Of a stretch of 20,000 nucleotides of DNA, positions 7,741 through 16,024 are shown one piece after another. Every line of letters starts with the position of its first letter. The stretch's first letter is position 1. The position numbers and the translations under genes were made by a program. The notes under the pieces were generated by a model. That model worked only from the letters and a program-made list of their open reading frames with translations. It made no database searches and was not told where the DNA came from. This DNA comes from a bacterium (GTDB lineage Bacteria; JADJOY01): positions 51,265 to 71,264 of the forward strand of contig JAXLQJ010000039.1 in NCBI GenBank assembly GCA_046331705.1. Reading direction: 5' to 3'.

Positions 7741-8811
7741 ATGATCGACTTCGCGGGCCTCCGCGAGAACCTGAAGCTGAGAGCACGAGCCGAGGCCGCG
7801 TGGCGGAAGGTCGTGCCGCGCCCGCAGCAGGTGCACATCAGCATCACCGATCGCTGCAATCTGAGCTGCGAGCATTGCGACATCTGGATGAAGCCGGTGC
7901 CCGGCGAGGTGCCGGTCGAGCGCTGGCGCGAGGTCGTCGACGAATGCCTGGAGTGGCTCGGCCCCTTCACGCTGAAGATCGTGGGCGGAGAGCCGCTCCT
8001 GAAGGAGGGCGTGGTCGAGCTGATCGGCCACGCGAAATCGCGCGGTTGTCGCGTCGGGCTCTCGACCAACGCGATCCCGCTGTCGAGCCCCGAGCGCGCT
8101 CAGCAGATGATCGACACCGGGCTCGACGAGATCCACATCTCGCTCGAGAGCTACACGCCCGACCATCACGACCAGATCCGCAAGCGCGTCGGCGCGCACG
8201 CGCGCACGGTCAAGGCCATCGGCGAGCTCTCCCGTCGCCGCACCCATCTGCAGATCAGCCTCGCCACGGTGGTGTGTCAGCAGAACCTGGACGAGCTCAC
8301 CAAGATGGTGGACTTCGTCCGCGACAACGGCCTCTACACCGTGAACTTCCAGCCGCTCTACGCCAACTTCGGACGGCCGTTCGACCCGCGCTGGTACGAG
8401 ACCAGCCCCTATTTCCCGCAAGACATCGACAAGCTCGACGCCATCCTGGATCGCCTCTCCGAGATCCGCACCACCGAGTGGCTGGTGGGCAACACCGTCA
8501 ACCAGCTGCGCATGATGAAGGTCTATTTCCGCAACCCCAACGCCGACGACCAGGTGGTGTGCAAGGCGGGCGACGACGACATCGCGTTCGACCCGTACGG
8601 CAATCTCAAGATGTGCTTCTGGCTCGACCCGGTCGGGAACATCCGCGAGGAAGGGCCGAAGAGCGCGTACTGGTCGCAAGAGGGGCGCGAGCGCCGTCAG
8701 CAGGTTCGGACCTGCACGCGGAACTGCAATCTGCTCAACTGCAACTTCGACCGCGAACGCTTCGGCGAGGCGTTCTGGACGCGCTTGGGCATCGGCGGCG
8801 CGCGCAGCTGA
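7741..8811 (+). CDS. Radical SAM protein with SPASM/Twitch-like C-terminal Cys domain
   Basis: ITDRCNLSCEHC, GGEPLL, LSTN, ISLES. C-terminal CKAG...DPYGNLKMC...CTRNCNLLNC. Confidence 0.92.
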   Translation: MIDFAGLRENLKLRARAEAAWRKVVPRPQQVHISITDRCNLSCEHCDIWMKPVPGEVPVERWREVVDECLEWLGPFTLKIVGGEPLLKEGVVELIGHAKSRGCRVGLSTNAIPLSSPERAQQMIDTGLDEIHISLESYTPDHHDQIRKRVGAHARTVKAIGELSRRRTHLQISLATVVCQQNLDELTKMVDFVRDNGLYTVNFQPLYANFGRPFDPRWYETSPYFPQDIDKLDAILDRLSEIRTTEWLVGNTVNQLRMMKVYFRNPNADDQVVCKAGDDDIAFDPYGNLKMCFWLDPVGNIREEGPKSAYWSQEGRERRQQVRTCTRNCNLLNCNFDRERFGEAFWTRLGIGGARS

Positions 8812-8830
8812 GTCCGCGGAGCCCTCATCC

Positions 8831-9832
8831 GTGCAGCAAGCGTTGGCGCGTCGCGTCTCCTACTGGCTCAACTGGCCCCTCGTTCCGCCCTCCAAGCTGA
8901 TCCTGTTGCTCACCCACCGCTGTCCGGTGGCGTGCGAGTTCTGTTCCACGCATCGTTGGGCCGCGGCACGACCGCGCGAGCTCACGCTGGTCGAGCTCGA
9001 GGCGCGGCTCGCCGAAGCCGCGAGCTGGGGCATCCGCGAGGTGCTCTTCTCGGGCGGCGAGCCGCTGCTGCGGCGGACGGACGTGCTGGCGCTGACGCGC
9101 GCGGCGCGCGCGCTGGGGATGATCCCCACGCTCATCACCAGCGGAGCGGTGGGCGGAACGGCGACCCTGGAAGCGCTCGTCGAGGCGGGAATGGCGAGCT
9201 TCATGGTGTCGCTGGACGGCAACTGCGCCGAGACCCACGATCGTCTGCGCGGCCGGGTCGGCTCGTTCGACGAGGCGATCGCGTGGCTGGCGGGAGCGGT
9301 CGAGCTTCGCGAACGCCTCGGCGCGCCGGCGTTGCCGTACACCGTCTACGTCCAGACGGTGGTCACGCGGGAGAACGTGGCCGAGATCGTGGCGCTGGCC
9401 GAGCGGGTTCGGGAGCTCGGCGTGGATGCGATCCTCTTCCAGGGCCTGGCGCCCGACGCCTATCTCGCCGCGCATCCCTTCGACGCGCGCGCCCTCGCCG
9501 CGCTCGCCGAGGCGATCGAGCGGCTGGCGCGCATCGAGCCGCGCTCGCTGGTGATGAACCCCGACGGCTACTTGCGCGAGCTGCTCGGCTTCTACGGCGA
9601 GCGCGATCGGATCCAGCCCAAGCGCTGCCCCGCGGGATTCGACACGTTGGTGCTCGCTCCCGACGGATCGGTGAGCACCTGCCGCGAGTCGTTCACGCGC
9701 GAGATCCTGGGCGAGGGTGGCGAGCCGCTCACCCTTCGCGAGGCGTGGACCCATCGACGCTTCCAGGCCGCGCGCCGTACGATGCGCGTCTGCAAGGAGC
9801 CGTGCACGATCAACTGCTGGTACTCGTCGTGA
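8831..9832 (+). CDS. Radical SAM protein with SPASM/Twitch-like domain, paralog-like to 7741..8811
   Basis: LTHRCPVACEFC, FSGGEPLL, VSLDG, HDRLRG. C-terminal CPAG...APDGSVSTC...CKEPCTINC. Confidence 0.9.
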   Translation: MQQALARRVSYWLNWPLVPPSKLILLLTHRCPVACEFCSTHRWAAARPRELTLVELEARLAEAASWGIREVLFSGGEPLLRRTDVLALTRAARALGMIPTLITSGAVGGTATLEALVEAGMASFMVSLDGNCAETHDRLRGRVGSFDEAIAWLAGAVELRERLGAPALPYTVYVQTVVTRENVAEIVALAERVRELGVDAILFQGLAPDAYLAAHPFDARALAALAEAIERLARIEPRSLVMNPDGYLRELLGFYGERDRIQPKRCPAGFDTLVLAPDGSVSTCRESFTREILGEGGEPLTLREAWTHRRFQAARRTMRVCKEPCTINCWYSS

Positions 9833-9882
9833 GTCGCGCGGCGGGTCCGCAGCACCGACGAACGTAGCCCTCGACCACCGGC

Positions 9883-11028
9883 ATGCGCATCGCGCTCGTC
9901 CACGACGCGGGGAGCGAGCGAGGCGGAATCGAGACCTATCTCGACCTCGTCGCGGCCGGGCTCGGCCAGCGGGGGCACACCGTGTGGCGCGCCGACCCGC
10001 GGACCGCGTTGGCGGCGCGCGGGGGAATCGCCGCGGACGCGGCATCCGCGCCTGGCGAGATCGACGTCGTGCACGTCCATCGGCTCGAGGATCCCGAGGC
10101 GATCACCGAGATCGCGCGCCGCGTCCCCGCCGTGTGGTCGATTCACGATCACCGCCCGTTCTGCCCGGGGGCGAACCGCCTGCGGAGCGACGGGAGCGCG
10201 TGCGTCCGTGCTGCCGGCGCTCCGTGCGCGCTCGAGGGCATCCTCGGGCGCTGCTCGGGGCTCGCGCGCTGGCCGCGCGCCACGGTGCGGCGCGTGTCGG
10301 ACTGGTCGCGCTACCGGGCGGCGCTGGCGAGTCGCGCTCCGTGCGTGGTCGCCTCGGCGTTCATGCGCGACGTCGCCGCGAGTCAGGGGCACGCCGCGCG
10401 CGATCTCGTCGTGCTGCCGTATCCGGTGGTGCCGCCGGCGGAGATCGGGCGGACGGCGGCGGACGCGCGGGGAGTGCTCTTCGCGGGGCGGCTCGTCGAG
10501 CCCGACAAAGGCCTCGCGCTCCTGGTCGACGTGCTCGCGCGCTTGCCGCCCACGATCCGCGCCGTGGTCGCCGGCGGAGGTTCGGCGCGGCGCTGGCTAG
10601 AGGCGCGTCTCGCCGAAGCCGCGCTCGGCGCGCGAGTCGAGCTCGTGGGCTGGCTCGATCGCGACGCCTTGGCGCATCGACTGAGCGATGCCGCGGTGGT
10701 GGTCATGACGTCGGCGTGGCCCGAGCCTTCGGGGTTGGTGGGCCTCGAGGCGCTGGCGCACGGGCGCCCGGTGGTGGCGACCGACGTCGGTGGGATCGGA
10801 GAGTGGCTCGCGGAAGGTGTGGTCGGGCACCGGGTACCGCCCGGCGATCCTGTTGCGATGGCGGATCGAATCCGGGTGCTGCTCGGGGATCCGGCGCGTC
10901 GTGAGGCCATGGGCCGCGCGGGGCGTGCGTGGATGCTCGCGCATCGCTCGCTCGCGGGCCACGTGAGGGCGCTCGAAGGGCTCTACGCTCGCGTGGCTCA
11001 CCGGACCCGGGAGGCGAGGAGCGCATGA
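9883..11028 (+). CDS. Glycosyltransferase family 4 (GT-B)
   Basis: MRIALVH...GGIETY, LFAGRL..DKG, WPEPSGLVGLEALAHGRPVVATDVGGI (E-x7-E motif). Confidence 0.92.
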   Translation: MRIALVHDAGSERGGIETYLDLVAAGLGQRGHTVWRADPRTALAARGGIAADAASAPGEIDVVHVHRLEDPEAITEIARRVPAVWSIHDHRPFCPGANRLRSDGSACVRAAGAPCALEGILGRCSGLARWPRATVRRVSDWSRYRAALASRAPCVVASAFMRDVAASQGHAARDLVVLPYPVVPPAEIGRTAADARGVLFAGRLVEPDKGLALLVDVLARLPPTIRAVVAGGGSARRWLEARLAEAALGARVELVGWLDRDALAHRLSDAAVVVMTSAWPEPSGLVGLEALAHGRPVVATDVGGIGEWLAEGVVGHRVPPGDPVAMADRIRVLLGDPARREAMGRAGRAWMLAHRSLAGHVRALEGLYARVAHRTREARSA

Positions 11029-12296
11029 GGATCGCGCTCGTCGGCGTGCTGCCGCCGCTGCGCTCGGGGATCGCCGATCACACCGTGGAGCTCGCCCGCG
11101 CGCTCGGCACGCGCAACGAGGTCCAGCTCTACGTCGAGGATGCCGGCGGCGTCGCCACGCCGGCCGGGCTTCGCGAAGCGCGCGCGGCGAGCGATCTTCC
11201 GCGCCGGCGGCACGAGCACGACGTCGTGCTCTACCAGGTGGGCAATCACGCAGCGCACGGGTTCGTCTACGAGCTGGCGCGCGAAGTCCGCGGTGTCCTC
11301 GACCTGCACGATGCCACGCTCCACGACTTGGTCGCGTCGCGCTACCTGGGGCGCCCGCTCGCGTTCGCGCGCGAGCTGGCGCGGAACGAGGGGTTGGTGC
11401 GGATGCTGCCGCGGCTGTTGGCGTTCGATCCCGAGACCCGGATCGGCGCGGCGCGCTGGCTCGACCGCGCGCGCTTCCGGGTGAGCGCGCATTCGGATCG
11501 GCGCGCGCTCTTCCCCCTGCGCTACGCGCTCATCCGAGCGGCGCGAGCAGTCGTGGTCCACAGCGTTCACCTCGAGCAGAGCCTCAGGCTCGAGTGCCCG
11601 AGGACCCCGGTCGTCCACGTCCCGCACGGAGTCCGCGACGACCTGCCGCCGCAGGATCGGCGCGCCGCGCGCGCGGAGCTCGGTCTCGCCCGCCTCGGCG
11701 TGGGCGACGAGACCACGGTCGTTCTCAGCTTCGGGCTGATCCAGGCGCACAAGCGCATCACCGTCGCGCTCGACGCCGTGCGGCGCGCGCGTGCCGGTGG
11801 CCTCGACCTGCACTACGTGCTGGTCGGCCCGCGCTCGCCGGATCTCGATCTCGACGCCGCCATCGCCGCGCGCGACCTCGCCGCCGCGGTGCACGTCGTC
11901 GACGATTTCCCGCCCATCGAGCGGGTGGCGCTCTGGATCTGCGCCGCCGACCTCGGCCTCAACCTGCGCGGCCCCTCGAGCGGCGGCACCTCGGGTGCGC
12001 TGCTCAAGATGATGGCGCTCGGTCTGCCGACCATCGTCACCGCGGTCCCGGAGCTCACGCACCTGCCGCCCGACTCGGTGCACTTCGTGGCGACCGGCGC
12101 GCGCGAAGCTCACGACGTGGCGCTGGCGATCGAGCGATGGGCCCGCTCGCCCGAGCAACGGGATCGGGTGGCCGCGCGTGCCCGAGCAGCCATTCGAGAC
12201 GGCGGATTCGGCTGGCCGGTCTGCGCGGAACGCTACCAGCGCGCGCTCGCCGCGGTGGTCGAGGGCGAACGCGTTTCCAGCTTCCATGGCTCGTGA
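11025..12296 (+). CDS. Glycosyltransferase family 4-like (PPLRSGIAD subfamily)
   Basis: ATGA overlap with the upstream gene and GAGGAG RBS. Motifs MRIALVGVLPPLRSGIADH, YQVGNH, LHD, SFGLIQAHKRI and TSGALLKMMALGLPTIV. Confidence 0.88.
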   Translation: MRIALVGVLPPLRSGIADHTVELARALGTRNEVQLYVEDAGGVATPAGLREARAASDLPRRRHEHDVVLYQVGNHAAHGFVYELAREVRGVLDLHDATLHDLVASRYLGRPLAFARELARNEGLVRMLPRLLAFDPETRIGAARWLDRARFRVSAHSDRRALFPLRYALIRAARAVVVHSVHLEQSLRLECPRTPVVHVPHGVRDDLPPQDRRAARAELGLARLGVGDETTVVLSFGLIQAHKRITVALDAVRRARAGGLDLHYVLVGPRSPDLDLDAAIAARDLAAAVHVVDDFPPIERVALWICAADLGLNLRGPSSGGTSGALLKMMALGLPTIVTAVPELTHLPPDSVHFVATGAREAHDVALAIERWARSPEQRDRVAARARAAIRDGGFGWPVCAERYQRALAAVVEGERVSSFHGS

Positions 12297-12302
12297 GCCC
12301 TC

Positions 12303-12311
12303 TGCTAGAAT
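12303..12311 (+). promoter_or_regulatory. Putative extended -10 internal promoter (TG-C-TAGAAT)
   Basis: TGCTAGAAT in the intergenic gap upstream of the DUF5989-like gene, with a weak -35 TTCCAT at 12282-12287. Confidence 0.45.
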
Positions 12312-12367
12312 CGGCCGGCCCGTCAGGGATTCGAGGATCGTGTCGGCGACGGAAGAGGCGTAGCGAG

Positions 12368-12556
12368 ATGCCCGATCGAGTGGCTGAGCAAGCCCCCCTC
12401 AAGAAGCCCTCGCTGTTCGAGGAGTTCGTCTGGTTCCTCAAGCACGAGAAGAAGTGGTGGCTGAGCTTCATCGTCGCGATCTTGGTGGTGCTCGCGGCGT
12501 TCATCTTCTTGACCGAGAACAACGCCGTGATGCCGTTCATCTACACGATCTTCTGA
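12368..12556 (+). CDS. DUF5989 / SxtK-like small membrane protein, 62 aa
   Basis: MPDRVAEQAPLKKPSLFEEFVWFLKHEKKWWLSFIVAILVVLAAFIFLTENNAVMPFIYTIF, with the characteristic KKWWL, one TM helix and terminal PFIYT(L/I)F. Confidence 0.88.
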   Translation: MPDRVAEQAPLKKPSLFEEFVWFLKHEKKWWLSFIVAILVVLAAFIFLTENNAVMPFIYTIF

Positions 12557-12758
12557 TCTTCGCGAGACGGCGGCGTCGCGCGCGTGCCACGCGGCGGCGC
12601 CCCGGATCGTGACCGTTCGTGGCGGGCGCCGGTTCCCACCCCCTTTCGCCGGTGCGACGTGACCCGGTCCACGGCAGGCGCCGATGGCCGGAAGGGAAGT
12701 AGGCCTGGGTCGTGGTCACGCTGATGGGCGGCCCCACCCTTCGCGAACCGGAGTCAGT

Positions 12759-13907
12759 GTGCGGGTTGGAATCGACATCACGTCCTTGCTCGTGACGAGT
12801 GGCGGCGTCGGCCGCTACCTCCGAAACGCCGTCGCGGGATTGCTCAGAGCCGACGCGCCGGCGCGTTATCGCTTCTTCCCCGTCGATTTCGAGCGCGTCC
12901 GCGACGGCGAGAGCGCGCTGTGGGCGTCGCGTGCTCGGGGCCGCATGCCCGGGCTCTTCTCGGCGCTCGGAATCTGGTCCGCGGCGGGCTGGAACCTGCT
13001 CGGCCGTCCCGCGCAGGATTGGTTCACGGGGCCGGTCGACGTCTTCCACACCTCGGATCTGGTGCCGCTGCCGCGGCGCACCGGACGGATCGTCTCCACG
13101 ATCTACGACCTCGCGCCCGAGATCCTTCCGGCGGAGCACAATCCGCGCTTGCGCCGGCTGCACCAGCTCCGCAATCGCGACATCGCGCGGCGGTCGGACG
13201 TGGTGGTCGCCATCAGCGAGAGCACCAAGGCCGACGTGGTGCGCTACCTGGGCGTCGATGCGGCGCGCGTCGAGGTCGTCTACGGCGGCGTGTCGGCCGC
13301 TTTCCACCCGCGGCCCGAGCCCGAGGTGGAGGAAGCCCGCGTTCGGTACGGCTTGCACCGCCCGTATCTGATCTTCGTGGGCACCATCGAGCCGCGCAAG
13401 AACCTGGTGCGCCTGGTGCGAGCGTTCGCGCGCCTTCGCAAGCAGGGCGTCGACCAGGACTTGGAGCTGGTGCTCGTGGGGCGGCGTGGGTGGCGCTGGG
13501 AAGAGGTCGATCACGAGATCGCGCGGCTCGACCTCGACGCGCACGTGCGGCGTCTCGGGTACGTGCCGGAGCACGACCTGCCGGCCCTGCTCACCGGCGC
13601 CGTCGCGCTCGTGTATCCCTCGCTCTACGAAGGATTCGGGTTCCCACCGCTCGAGGCGATGGCTTGCGGCACGCCAGCGATCGCGTCGGCGGTGTCCTCG
13701 ATCCCGGAAGTCGTGGACGGTGCCGGCGTGCTGGTGGACCCGTACCGCGAGGACGCGATCACCGACGCGATGGGCTTGGTGCTTTCGGATCGAGCGCTGC
13801 GCGACTCGCTGGTCGAGGCCGGTCGCAAGCGCGCGGGTCTCTTCCCGTGGGACCGAACCGGTCGCGCGCTCTACGGCGTGTATCGGTCCGTGTTGGAGCG
13901 ATCGTGA
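12759..13907 (+). CDS. Glycosyltransferase family 4 (WbpY/MtfB-like mannosyl/rhamnosyl transferase type)
   Basis: GTG start after GGAG. Motifs RVGIDI..GGVGRY, TIYDL, AISESTKAD, VGTIEPRKNL and YPSLYEGFGFPPLEAMACGTP. Confidence 0.92.
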   Translation: MRVGIDITSLLVTSGGVGRYLRNAVAGLLRADAPARYRFFPVDFERVRDGESALWASRARGRMPGLFSALGIWSAAGWNLLGRPAQDWFTGPVDVFHTSDLVPLPRRTGRIVSTIYDLAPEILPAEHNPRLRRLHQLRNRDIARRSDVVVAISESTKADVVRYLGVDAARVEVVYGGVSAAFHPRPEPEVEEARVRYGLHRPYLIFVGTIEPRKNLVRLVRAFARLRKQGVDQDLELVLVGRRGWRWEEVDHEIARLDLDAHVRRLGYVPEHDLPALLTGAVALVYPSLYEGFGFPPLEAMACGTPAIASAVSSIPEVVDGAGVLVDPYREDAITDAMGLVLSDRALRDSLVEAGRKRAGLFPWDRTGRALYGVYRSVLERS

Positions 13908-14722
13908 GCGGCACCGAGCTCGCGCTGCTGCCACGAACGCTCATCTTGATTCCCGCCTACGACGAGGCACGCTCGGTCGGGGACGTGATCCAGGGCGTGC
14001 GCCGCGCCGCGCCCGCGAGCGACGTGCTCGTGATCGACGACGGCTCGCGCGACCGCACCGCGCTCGTCGCGCGCACGGCAGGTGCGCTGGTGCTGCGGCA
14101 TCCGTTCAACCTGGGCCACGGCGCCGCGCTCCAGACCGGATATCGCTATGCGCGCGAGCACGGCTATGCGTTCGTGATCCAGCTCGACGCCGACGGCCAG
14201 CACGATCCGCGCGACGTCGTGACCATCGCCGCGGCGCTCGCCGACGGCACCAGCGACATCGTGCTCGGTTCGCGGTTCCTGGCGGGCGCCTGCTATCCGA
14301 TCTCGATCGTGCGCCGCGCGGCGATTCGGTTCTTCGCCAGCCTCGTGCGCGTGCTCACCGGCTGCTCCGTCACCGATCCCACGACCGGCTTCCAGGGCCT
14401 CGCGCGCGCGGCGTTCACCTTCTACTGCGACGCCCATTTCCCGGCGGATTTCCCGGACGCCGACGTGATCGTGATGGCCGACCGCGCCGGTCTGCGGCTG
14501 CGCGAGGTGGCGGTTCGGATGTACGCTCCGCCCCCCGGCCGGACCATGCACGCGGGGTGGATCAAGCTCTACTATGTGTTCAAGCAGCTCGTATCCCTGG
14601 GGATGGTGGTGCTCGCGACCGGCTGGCGGCGCGGCTCGCGGAGCGCGGCCACCGACGCAGGCGCGGCGGCTTCCCTGGCGCGCCCGGCGGCCTCGGCGGC
14701 GGTGCTGCCGCGAACGACATGA
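13904..14722 (+). CDS. Glycosyltransferase family 2, DPM1/GacI-like polyprenol-phosphate glycosyltransferase
   Basis: GTGA overlap. Motifs ILIPAYDE, VIDDGSRDRT, NLGHGAALQTG, QLDADGQHDP, VLGSRF and TDPTTGF. Confidence 0.92.
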   Translation: MSGTELALLPRTLILIPAYDEARSVGDVIQGVRRAAPASDVLVIDDGSRDRTALVARTAGALVLRHPFNLGHGAALQTGYRYAREHGYAFVIQLDADGQHDPRDVVTIAAALADGTSDIVLGSRFLAGACYPISIVRRAAIRFFASLVRVLTGCSVTDPTTGFQGLARAAFTFYCDAHFPADFPDADVIVMADRAGLRLREVAVRMYAPPPGRTMHAGWIKLYYVFKQLVSLGMVVLATGWRRGSRSAATDAGAAASLARPAASAAVLPRTT

Positions 14723-15057
14723 CCGAGACGCAGCAACGCTTCGCACTCGTCACCGCCTTCCTGCTGTTGCTCTTGATCGTCGAGCTGGTGCGGCGGCGGC
14801 GCTTGAGCCCTGCGTTCGCGTGGGTCTGGATCGTCGTGGGCGTCGCGATCATGGGGCTGGTGATCTGGTACGACGGGTTGCTCTATCTCACCCACCTCAT
14901 CGGCGCGGTCGCACCCACGTCGACCCTCTTCCTGTTCGGGATCCTGTTCTTGTTGTTGCTCTGTCTCCAGTTCTCGATGCGGATCAGCACCCTCGAGGAG
15001 AGGGTGCGGGTGCTGGCGCAGGAGATCGCGTTGCTCCGCGATCGCACGGAGCGTTGA
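14719..15057 (+). CDS. DUF2304 family membrane protein (GacJ-like), 112 aa
   Basis: ATGA overlap with GT2. IVELVRRRRL..AWVW, about 3 TM segments and C-terminal ISTLEERVRVLAQEIALL. Confidence 0.88.
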   Translation: MTETQQRFALVTAFLLLLLIVELVRRRRLSPAFAWVWIVVGVAIMGLVIWYDGLLYLTHLIGAVAPTSTLFLFGILFLLLLCLQFSMRISTLEERVRVLAQEIALLRDRTER

Positions 15058-15115
15058 GCGCGACCCCGTCGGTCGCGCCGCGGCGCCGTCATCGCTCGGC
15101 CCCGGGGCTCGCGCC

Positions 15116-16024
15116 GTGTCGACCCAGCTAGACGCCTACCTCGCGTTTCTCGCCGTCGAGAAGGGGCTGGCGGCGAACTCGCTCGAGGCGTACGCCCGCG
15201 ATCTGGGGAAATACGAGGAGCACCTCGAGCGCCGCGGTCGCACCGCCATCGACGCGGAGCGCGCGGACGTGGTCGCGTTCCTGAAGCTCCTGGTCGACGG
15301 CGGGCTCAAGCCGAACAGCGTCGCGCGGACGCTCTCGGCGGTGCGCGGCTTCCAGCGTCACCTGGTGCGCGAGGGATCGCGCGCCACCAATCCGACGCGC
15401 GACGTCGCGCGTCCGCGGCGCGGCCTCAAGCTGCCGGCGGTGCTGTCGGTCGAGGAGATCGAGCGGCTGGTGACGTCGCCGAGCGGCGACGGGCCGAAGG
15501 ACCTGCGCGATCGCGCCATGCTCGAGCTGATCTACGCGTCGGGGCTGCGCGTGAGCGAGATCGTCGGTCTCGCGACCCTCGACGTCGACCTCGGCTCGGG
15601 GCTCGTGACCGTGACCGGGAAGGGATCGAAGCAACGCGTCGTGCCGCTGGGCGAGGAGGCGCAGGCGCGCGTGGTGGCCTACCTCCAGCACGGCCGCCGC
15701 TTCCTGGATCGCTCGCGCCGCAGCCCCTGGCTCTTCCTGAACGTCCGCGGCGGCAAGCTGACGCGCCAGGGGTTCTGGAAGATCCTGCGCGAGCGCGCGC
15801 TCGTCGCCGGCTTGTCTCGCCGCGTCACGCCTCACGTGCTGCGTCACAGCTTCGCGACCCATCTCCTCGAAGGCGGCGCGGATCTGCGCACCGTGCAGGT
15901 GCTCCTCGGTCACGCCGACGTGTCGACGACCCAGATCTACACCCACGTGAGCCGCGATTCGTTGCGGCGGGTCTACGAGCGCGCCCACCCGCGCGCGAAC
16001 CCGAGCAAGCGAGCGCGCCCGTGA
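15116..16024 (+). CDS. xerD: Site-specific tyrosine recombinase XerD
   Basis: VEKGLAANSLEAYARDL, RDRAMLELIYASGLRVSE, GKGSKQRVVP, LTRQGFW, HVLRHSFATHLLEGGADLR, LLGH and TTQIYTH. Confidence 0.93.
   Translation: MSTQLDAYLAFLAVEKGLAANSLEAYARDLGKYEEHLERRGRTAIDAERADVVAFLKLLVDGGLKPNSVARTLSAVRGFQRHLVREGSRATNPTRDVARPRRGLKLPAVLSVEEIERLVTSPSGDGPKDLRDRAMLELIYASGLRVSEIVGLATLDVDLGSGLVTVTGKGSKQRVVPLGEEAQARVVAYLQHGRRFLDRSRRSPWLFLNVRGGKLTRQGFWKILRERALVAGLSRRVTPHVLRHSFATHLLEGGADLRTVQVLLGHADVSTTQIYTHVSRDSLRRVYERAHPRANPSKRARP

Noticed and set aside
7171-7786. Small ORFs in the divergent intergenic region as RiPP precursors for the SPASM enzymes
   Set aside because: No RBS, atypical codon usage, overlap with predicted promoters, no leader/core pattern, and no RRE, peptidase or exporter nearby.
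12357-12366. ops/JUMPstart-like element (GGCGTAGCG)
   Set aside because: Does not match GGCGGTAG and lacks the JUMPstart context.
15116-16024. Tyrosine recombinase as the integrase of a genomic island carrying the cluster
   Set aside because: It has XerD-specific motifs and is coupled to housekeeping genes. No att repeats, tRNA or dif site were seen.
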